A DNA stretch of 64,000 nucleotides from Macrostomum lignano (lineage: Eukaryota), in the NCBI GenBank assembly GCA_002269645.1, contig NIVC01003890.1, positions 1 through 64,000 of the forward strand, in the 5' to 3' direction. The notes under the pieces are model-generated. The model had not been told where the DNA came from. It searched no databases and was given only the letters and a program-made list of their open reading frames with translations. Made by a program: the position numbers and the translations under genes. Below, one piece after another: positions 47,493 through 64,000 of the stretch; position 1 is the first letter of the stretch, and each line of letters opens with the position of its first letter.

Positions 47493-49439
47493 CAAACTTT
47501 TTTGTGTCATGAGAAAAAAATTAAATATATTGCTTTGGTTATTCTTAGTAAATGTAAGAATTAAAATATCAGACTTGAAATTTCTTTTTTGTACTACTAA
47601 ATCTTTTTATTCGTTTAAAAATCTTATTGAAATGCATTATCTCTATTTTTAAATGGCTGTACGGATCAGCCAGCATAATTTTATTTGCATAATAAATGTC
47701 TTGCTTTCAGAATAAGTAAAGGGGTATAAAGCTGTCATATAGCTTATAACTAAAGTAAAAAGCATGTGTCGTTTGAACTTCTGACATATGGTTGTTGTCA
47801 TTAGTATAGTATAGTATAGTATAGTATCACATGCTAAAAGTGGAAGGTTGTAAATGTGTCCTTCCCGCTTTGAGCAATAGGATCTAAAAGCTTCGAGTCT
47901 AAAAGCACTAACTAAATTTTTCTAAATTTTATAAAATTAGCTAATTTTTGTTCTAGTTTTTATAATGCATGCATAAACAATATAAAAATCCTAAATTACG
48001 TGTTCATTCTTTCTGTAACTATTAACAATAACTCTTTAGTAACTTAAGATTTATAGAAATACTGGATATGATCAGCCATACAAAAGATGCTCGTATTTGA
48101 TTATTTTTTTCGATAAAGTATCTGTGTAATAATAGATTAGGTTTATAAAAAGAGCGATTACTCTTCAATTCAAGTGTATGCATATTTACACTAGAAGTAA
48201 ACGTTAAAACGAATTTTTATTAGTTTTGCCCGAAACACTATTTATTGAAACAAAAAAAATTCTATAGTAAAAGATTTAAAAAGCAATAAAATTTTTAAAT
48301 AGAAAATTTTGCAGACATTGACACTAAAATTTTCATTGCTACGAACTCCATAGTAAATTTGACTGAAATAAACATACGAAAACTTAAAAATTAAACTTAT
48401 CTAGATTTTTCTTTATGATTTCCGTTAGTTATTAAGTTAGTGAATCAAATGAAACCTTATTAGCCTTTAGTGTTCGGGTATTAGAGTTACATTCTCAAAA
48501 TCGTTCAAAAATCGATTTGTCTCTCTTTAACTATGGTTTTCTGTTGCAGCAGCTTTCTATAGTTTCAGTTAAACAATTTAAGTAAATTTGCACAATAATG
48601 ATGAATGTGAAATTTTGTCCATTCAAAGCCATATGTAGTTAATAGCTACAAATATTCTGCATTTAGCATTGTTTTCCTATCCTTTATGTCAAAATAGTCA
48701 TGTTTTCAGTATTTATTAGGAATTCGACTTAAGCATATTGTAGACACCTAGGCACTAGGCTAAATTTCTATCAAATAGCTAAGCTTATTTACAGCCTATA
48801 GAAATGAAATTAAATGAATCAAATGACTAATAGACCCTTATTTGATTTCCATATAGCAAATAAATTACATATAAATTGTCTAGCTAAATAGCTAAAATTG
48901 CTAATCTAATTAATTTTTATATCAACAATTTCAAAACTATTTAGTTTAAGACTACTTGTAATTGATTCACATAAAAAATGTTTTTTTGTAAATAATTTGA
49001 CCAAAATGAGAATATGCTAGTTTATATAAAAAATAGCTCTACTAAGCTCTCTTATATAAGATTTATGCTTTTGTTACTAATTAAATGTTCAAAATAGACT
49101 CTACTTTGGTTTATATTTATTTCATATATTTTTATTAAACATTATATTTTTCAAATCTAACCAAGCAAACAATTAGAATGATTTTAACTAACTTAACAAG
49201 TTTAAGAATTTTATAAATTGTGATAAATTTTGTGAATATTTTGTTTTTCTATGCATTAATTAAGGTTATAATTGCTGAAAAACTTTTAAGTTGAGCTCAG
49301 AATTTTATTTAAATAATTTCAATCAAGAAAAATTACTTTCCTGTTTTTGTCACTGTTTTATACTACTTTATTTGTGCTCTTGTGAACTTCAAATAATCCT
49401 ACCTCACATACCTCCAACACCAATTTTCATTGCAATCAG

Positions 49440-50172
49440 GAGGCCTCAACATACTACTCGCTACGAGGGGCTGACATCGCCCCGTCTTGTCCTGCGTCAG
49501 CCGCAGCCACTGCCGCTGGCACAGCCGGCTCGGCGCATGATTTCATCGATTTTGAATTCTCCGATTCGGACACCTACTCTGCTGAGATTGCCGAGCTCTA
49601 CAGCTACTCGGAGGAGAGCGAGCTCGCGGAGAACTATCGCTGTTTTAGTCGGCTGTTCGCTCAACGAAGGAGATTGGCTGGTCGATGGCTGGACACAGAT
49701 GACGAGGAGAGGAGCGGCTTCATACAGGGACTGCTGGACGGACTGGAGGTGAGAACAGAGAAGTGACAGAATGGGGAAGTGACAAAGTGGGGAAGTAACG
49801 GGAAGGGAAAATATGAAATAGAGTAAAATTGACATATTGAGAGGAGTGACAGGATGGGGGACAGTGGAGGTACGTGGTGATACGAGCGTACGTATATACT
49901 TTGTAAAAACTTTATACTCAAGTGTAACAAATACGGCTTACGGCTTTCTATTTGTTAAACACTCAGGAGAGCCCAGCGGGTCCCCAGCGCCAGTCGCTTC
50001 TCCGAGGCCTGTTGTACCTGGCCCAGGGGGTGTGGGCCGAGTGCCAGGTGCCAGCTGATCAGCTGAGCTGGGCCTGGCGCAACTGCAGGCTGCTGATATG
50101 CAAGGACGCATTTTATGCAGCATGGAGTCTGCTGTCTGATGCTGCATCTGCGGAGGCTGAGCCGCCGAAGAC

Positions 50173-50207
<35 letters not shown>

Positions 50208-53200
50208 CTGACAGTTGCGCAGAGCTGCGAGTGCTGCTGAATTTAATGTACACTCTGCTTGAGACTGCTAGGTGAGCAGGTTACCTTATGCTACTTAATG
50301 TACTGGTATAGTAGCAGATTAGGGAAATTGTTAATTTAATTTAAAATTTATTCAAAAATTACTTTTTATAACTGCAGTTCTGATACTGACTACGTTCGTA
50401 GAAGCTTAATATCAATCTCAAAAACCCAAACCCGTCGACATTCTTTAACCAAGTCTATCCCAACACTAATACCAACTTCAACTCTCACATTATCGCCCCA
50501 ATGCTCCAACACCCTAACAAACCCTCAAACCCTATGACATAACTGCCCAACACCCAAATGCCCCAACACCCAAATGCCCCAACACCCCAACGCCCAACAC
50601 CCCAACGCCCCAACACCCCAACGCCCCAACACCCCAACGCCCCAACGCCCCAACACCCAACGCCCCAACACCCCAACGCCCCAACGCCCCAACACCCCAA
50701 CGCCCCAACACCCCAACGCCCCAACGCCCCAACACCCCAACACCCCAACGCCCCAACACCCCAACAACCCCTATGCCCCAACGCCCAACACACCAATGCC
50801 CCAACACCCTAACAACCCCTATGACACAACTGCCCAACACCCAAACGCCTCACCACCCCAACACCCCAAAACCCTAACACCCTAACGCCCCAACACCCCA
50901 AAACCCCTATTCCTCAACGCCCTAACGTCCCAACACCTCAACAACCCCTATGCCCAAAGCTCCAATACCCTAACGCCCCACCGACCCAACTTCCCAACAC
51001 TAAAAAGCTTGAAAGATTGGCGCCCCAAACCCCGAACCCGGAACTCTTCGTTCACCACACCCAATCCGTCCCTATTCCAGAGCTCACCCGGAAGCGGAGT
51101 GCTCAGTCAGGGAGAAGCTGCTTAGCGATCTGCTCGACCCCAGTCAAGCCGAACCCTTGCCAGTGTTCCTGCTCAACATGGTGACAAAGTTCTGCGCTGG
51201 TCAGTTCAGCCAACAGTTCCCGGTGAAGAAGGCTCTCCTGCTGCTGTGGAAGGCCAGCCTGCTCACCCTCGGCCCTCTAGCCGACATTCACGAGCGTCGG
51301 AATGCGGCGCGTCGAGCAGCCGGGCTGTCGCCAATCGCCGAAGATACTCAGCGAGTTTGTCGCGCTATGCGGCCGTGCAGTCCGCCTCCACCGTCGGGTG
51401 TGGACGGAGCAGATCCGCAGCAGCAGAATCTGGTGTTTGTCATGCCGAGGCGCGGGGCCGGCAGAAAGTCGGCTGCTGCATCTTCAGCGGCGGCCGCTGC
51501 TGCGGCTGCTGCTGCTGCTGCTGCTGCATCGTCGTCTTCTGCAGGAGCACAGGATCCTACTGATCTTGCTGATAAAAGAAATGAACAATCGGAGCAGCGC
51601 AAACGACTATTACCATGGCAACCGAAAGTTTCACAGCGAGAGTTACAGGTAGTTAATTTGTAATATTGTATATCGCTAATTGAAATATGTTTTCAAGTTT
51701 TTTTTACCGAATGTTTGTCCGTTTATGGAGTAAAATACCAGAATTTATTTCTTATGAAAATTATTTTAGATTTTGTACATTGAGGGGTAAAAAAGAAGTT
51801 TAGACTGTGCGTACAATGGGGGTAAGGAAGGAATTTTCTAGACTGCGCGTACAAGGGGGGTAGAAAAGAAGTTTCTAGACTGCGCGTGCATTGGGGGTAA
51901 GGAAAAAGTTTAGAGCGTGTGTACATTCGGGGTAAGGAAAGAAGCTTCTAGATTGTGCGTACAATTTGGGTAAGGAAAGAAGTTTCTAGACTGTGCGTAC
52001 ACTTAGGGTAAGGAAAGAAGTTTCTAGACTGCGCGTACAATGGGGGTAGGAAAGAGTCCAGAGCGTGTGTACATTCGGGGTAAGGAAATCGGTTTGCGCG
52101 TGCTGCGTACATTAAGAGCTGTTTAAGGCTTGCGCCTCGAAGTCAACCCTAGCCAATTTTATTATCAAATCAATTAGCACTATCTGAGATGAATCAAAAT
52201 GCAATTAAACCTTTCCAGGCCTACCTGCATCAGGTGCGCGAAAAATTTCTTGGCGCTAGAGCAGCCGCAGCCGCCGCAGGCGACACCGACAGCCTCGCCG
52301 GTCTGCCCCGGCCGATCCACGAGAGTGTCGCTGTGCTGAAGGCGCACCTGTACATCAGTCTGGCCGAGCTGCAGATGAAACGCGAAGACGAGATCGCCCG
52401 GTACCCGATGACCAAGGGCCGTTCCGAGAGGGTTGAGTGTACACCAGCCGAGCTGCTGTACAGAGCTATGCTGCCCAGCGTTCCGCAGTACATGATTGCT
52501 CTGCTGAAGGTTTGACCGCCGACTGCTGGGTCTTTAATCGTTTGTTACATCTGTTAGTTAGTTAATTAGCTCTTATGATGGGTTATTAAAACGACAGTAC
52601 GACTTCCAGAGTCCAGAGTTTTTGTCGCGACTTTTTGCACTCAAGTCTAGATTAATTATTGCATCAACTCGAAATGAAATCTAGTGCATCTGCATCTAAA
52701 TTCATATTAAATACATATGGAACCCAGATTTAAGTACACCTGCACTTGAAATCAGTTTAGAGTACACCTGAACTAGATGTCATTTAAGTTCACGTGAACT
52801 TGAACTCAAATTTAAGTACACGTGAACTTGACCTTAGACATAAGTGCATCTGCACTCGAACTCAGTTCCAAAGATTCGTTCTCCCCCCTCCACAACCTCA
52901 AAGATTCTCCTAGCAGCAGCGCCAACAAGTAAAAGTAAAACGGAAAGCATCAACCTGAGCATGGAGCTGCTCCAAGAAGACCTGCCTAGCAGCCTATCGA
53001 ATTCTCAGAGACTCAGCACGGACGTCAACCGGCACAAAGAAGTGATTGCCAAATCCGTCTCCGGATTTCTGCTTCTATTGTTAAAACACCTGAAACTCAG
53101 CCACGTGTACCAGTTTGAGTACATCGCCCAGCACCTGGTGTTCGCTAATTGCATCCCACTGATACTGAAGTTCTTCAATCAGAACATTGCTGGCTATGTG

Positions 53201-54380
53201 CAGAATTCCAATAGACTGTCCGGTTTTGAGTTTCCCGAATGCCTGTTTCGGCCAGACGATTTCGAGTTGTCCGAGGATTTTACGTCGGCCACGACTGGCT
53301 GCAGCTGGCGCAACATGTTCACCTGCTTGTGCCTGGCCAGGGTGCTGAACAAGCTCGCGAAGGCAAAGCACAGTCGCACAATGATGCTGGTTGTGTTTAA
53401 ATCCGCGCCAATCATTAAACGAGCCCTGCGGGTTCGGCACCCCATGCTGCAGGTGATTTTTATTTACATGAGTCTGCGCGCAAAAATCTGCCCCTAGAAT
53501 CTACTCTTAGAATCTACCCCCATTATTTGCCCTAAGAGTCTACCACTAAAATCTACCCTTAAAATCTACTCTTAGATCTACCCTCATTATCTACCCCAAA
53601 ATTTTTCTCTAAGAATCTACCACTAGAATCTACCCCAAGAATCTACCACTAGAATCTACCTCAAGAATCTACCACTAGAATCTACCCCAAGAATCTACCA
53701 CTAGAATCTACCCCAAGAATCTACCACTAGAATCTACCCCAAGAATCTACCACTAGAATCTACCCCAAGAAACTACCACTGGATTCTACCCCAAGAATCT
53801 ACCACTAGAATATACCCTAAGAATTTACTATTAGAATCTACCCTCATTATCTACCCCTAGAATCTTTCTCTAGAATCTTACCCCAAGGAGTCTGCCCCAT
53901 CACAACTACTACAGTAGGAAACTACTCACAGGGCCACTCTACACGTTGTTCTACTTCTAACCACCAAATTTTCAGCTCTACCTGCTCAAGCTACTAAAGC
54001 TGCAGACTAAATACCTGGGCAGGCAGTGGCGCAAAGTCAACATGAACCTGATGTCCTGCATCTACGAGAAAGTCCGTCACCGACTCACTGACGATTGGGC
54101 CTTTGCCAACGATTTAGACGCTCGACCTTGGGATTTTCAATCTGAGGAGTGCAGCCTGAGGAACGCTGTGGACAGGTTTAACCATAGACGGTACGGCCTG
54201 GGCGACCCAGCCCTCCCCGAAGGCTACCAACCGCTTGACAACAATTTGAGTAGCGTGCTCAGCAGAGAAGTGCCCTTGGCGCCGGACTTTTGTCGCGGCG
54301 GCTACGAGATGTGGCTTGAGCAGGAAGTGTTCTCAACTCCCATTAATTGGGATCTAGTGTTGCAGACGATTGCTTATTAA
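49440..54380 (+). CDS. STRIP1: Striatin-interacting protein (STRIP/FAM40/Far11; N1221 + DUF3402-type regions); start exon not located
   Basis: DFEFSDSDTYSAEIAELYSYSE; FPVKKALLLLWK; LPSVPQYMIALLKILLAAAPTSK; VFANCIPLILKFFNQ; KYLGRQWRKVNM...RHRLTDDWAFAND; splice phases consistent. Confidence 0.92.
50480..51000. repeat. CA-rich intronic minisatellite (CAACACCCCAACGCCC)
   Basis: Visible periodicity. Confidence 0.9.
51770..52085. repeat. ~39-bp degenerate intronic minisatellite
   Basis: GTAAGGAAAGAAGTTTCTAGACTGCGCGTACAATGGGG-like units. Confidence 0.8.
53490..53890. repeat. ~26-bp intronic minisatellite
   Basis: AATCTACCCCAAGAATCTACCACTAG. Confidence 0.88.
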
Positions 54381-54419
54381 AAAAGGAACTTAATGTGTTT
54401 GGAGAGTTCTTTAACACTT

Positions 54420-54745
54420 GAATTCTCATTGGCTGAGAGCAATTCTTTGGTTGTCATTGGCTGAGAGCGATCTATGGATTCTCATTGGCTGAGAGCGATT
54501 TATGAATTCTCATTGGCTGAGAGCGATTTATGGATTCTCATTGGCTGAGGTCGATTTATGATTTCTCATTGCCTGAGATCAATTTATGGATTCTAATTGG
54601 CTGAGGGCCATTTTTTTCTTACTGGCTGAGAGCAGTTCAATGATTCTCATTGGCTGAAAGCGGTTCCTTGATTTTTATTGGCTGAGAGCGATTCTTTGAT
54701 TGTCATTGGCTGACAGCGAGTCTTTGATTCTCATTGGCTGGGGGA
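54420..54745. repeat. Degenerate ~27-bp repeat (CTCATTGGCTGAGAGCGATT) 3' of STRIP
   Basis: About 12 CATTGGCTG cores. Confidence 0.85.
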
Positions 54746-55496
54746 GATTCTTTGAAGCCTGATCGACCAGTTGATTACCTATATCTAAATATGAATCTTT
54801 ATAAAACAGATTAATAGTTATGCGTGAAGACTGACAACTTATTTTCTTTGCCTAAAATTATATTTTAAATTTTTAAAAATGCGTTAGAATAGAATATTTC
54901 CAGCGCAGTATTTGTTGCAGCACTTTGTTAAAGAAAGAAATTTTACACTTTGAAATTCCACAATTTCGTTCAATAGTCTATTAATGTCTGTTTAGTGTCA
55001 CAGTGTCTTCTTTGTTCAACTTTTCCGTTTTCACGTGTCTTTTGCACCTGTTCACCTACCTAATCTCTCTTGAATTTTACACCTTTCTGTGAGCTAGCAT
55101 TTGTTTTAGCGATTATTTTTGCATGCTTTTTGTGTTGTCGTTTGAAGGATGTCGTTTTGACACTTTGCATCTAAGTCATTGTTGGCGTCTATGATTGACT
55201 TAAAAAGTTCACTTTGAACTTTTTAATATTTTTAAAGCCGTTCTATCATTCGTCCCTGTTAGTCGCTAATAACTGTTCTTAGTAGTTTCACCTCTTTCAC
55301 GCAGAGTTCTGACAGTCTCAGAGAAGTGCATTCCGTAGAAAATCTGTACTTTTCTTGTTCTCTTAGTATTTGCGGATGAGACCATATCGACAATATTAAG
55401 CTGCAATCAGTTTCCTGTTGTGATGTTTTGCGTAAACTGTTCAGTGATTACTTTTTTCTATTATTGAAATATTTGAGATTCAGGTATTATTTAAAA

Positions 55497-56097
55497 GAGA
55501 GTAGAGAGGCAGATTCTCGAGGACTGAGGGAGAGTAGAGAGGCAGATTCTCGAGGACTGAGGGAGAGCAGAGAGGCAGATTCTCAAGGACTGAGGGAGAG
55601 TAGAGAGGCAGATTCTCAAGGACTGAGGGAGAGCAGAGAGGCAGATTCTCAAGGACTGAGGGAGAGCAGAGAGGCAGATTCTCAAGGACTGAGGGAGAGC
55701 AGAGAGGCAGATTCTCAAGGACTGAGGGAGAGTAGAGAGGCAGATTCTCAAGGACTGAGGGAGAGTAGAGAGGCAGATTCTCAAGGACTGAGGGAGAGTA
55801 GAGAGGCAGATTCTCAAGGACTGAGGGAGAGTAGAGAGGCAGATTCTCAAGGACTGAGGGAGAGTAGAGAGGCAGATTCTCAAGGACTGATGGAGAGTAG
55901 AGAGGCAGATTCTCAAGGACTGATGGAGAGTAGAGAGGCAGATTCTCAAGGACTGAGGGAGAGTAGAGAGGCAGATTCTCAAGGACTGATGGAGAGTAGA
56001 GAGGCAGATTCTCAAGGACTGATGGAGAGTAGAGAGGCAGATTCTCAAGGACTGATGGAGAGTAGAGAGGCAGATTCTCAAGGACTGAGGGAGAGGG
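55497..56097. repeat. 33-bp minisatellite upstream of the dynein gene
   Basis: GAGAGTAGAGAGGCAGATTCTCAAGGACTGAGG. Confidence 0.95.
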
Positions 56098-56293
56098 AGA
56101 GAGTTTTAAGCAAGCTATATTTCAGATTTTGCTATAAAAAAGCAGCACTCACTGTATTTGCATTCCAACATACCCAAACATTGCATGCCTATTGAGTTCG
56201 TTGCGTACTAAATAAAGTCTTCATTGCTACAGCTAGCACCTAATAAAGCGCTGTGCTTCTGCCATTGCCGATATTTTTTAGCACCAAAACAGC

Positions 56294-64000
<7,707 letters not shown>

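Overview
Eukaryotic (animal) genomic DNA: GC-rich exons, GT-AG introns, and a private minisatellite in most introns. The style resembles the free-living flatworm Macrostomum, but that is inference only. From left to right: (1) a minus-strand Helitron-like RepHel gene (OTU protease + HUH Rep + PIF1 helicase) with two extra spliced 5' exons and a frameshifted C-terminus; (2) a nested tandem-duplicated, hairpin-rich repeat block (9.3-12.7 kb); (3) eIF4H; (4) a 11-exon Mx-like dynamin GTPase with non-canonical G4 (TFPD) and TLCPL motifs, whose introns carry tandem arrays of STAT/GAS-, Rel- and AP-1-like sites; (5) a convergent CD225/dispanin (IFITM-like) gene with a hAT-type MITE upstream; (6) a 7-exon ankyrin-repeat gene containing an intact, young BEL/Pao LTR retrotransposon in intron 4; (7) STRIP1/FAM40; (8) the 5' part of axonemal dynein DNAH1, which has an in-frame TAA at 63616. 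The leading candidate for a new system is the Mx-like + CD225 putative invertebrate antiviral locus with motif-array introns. All exon structures and alignments were done by eye; no searches were run.
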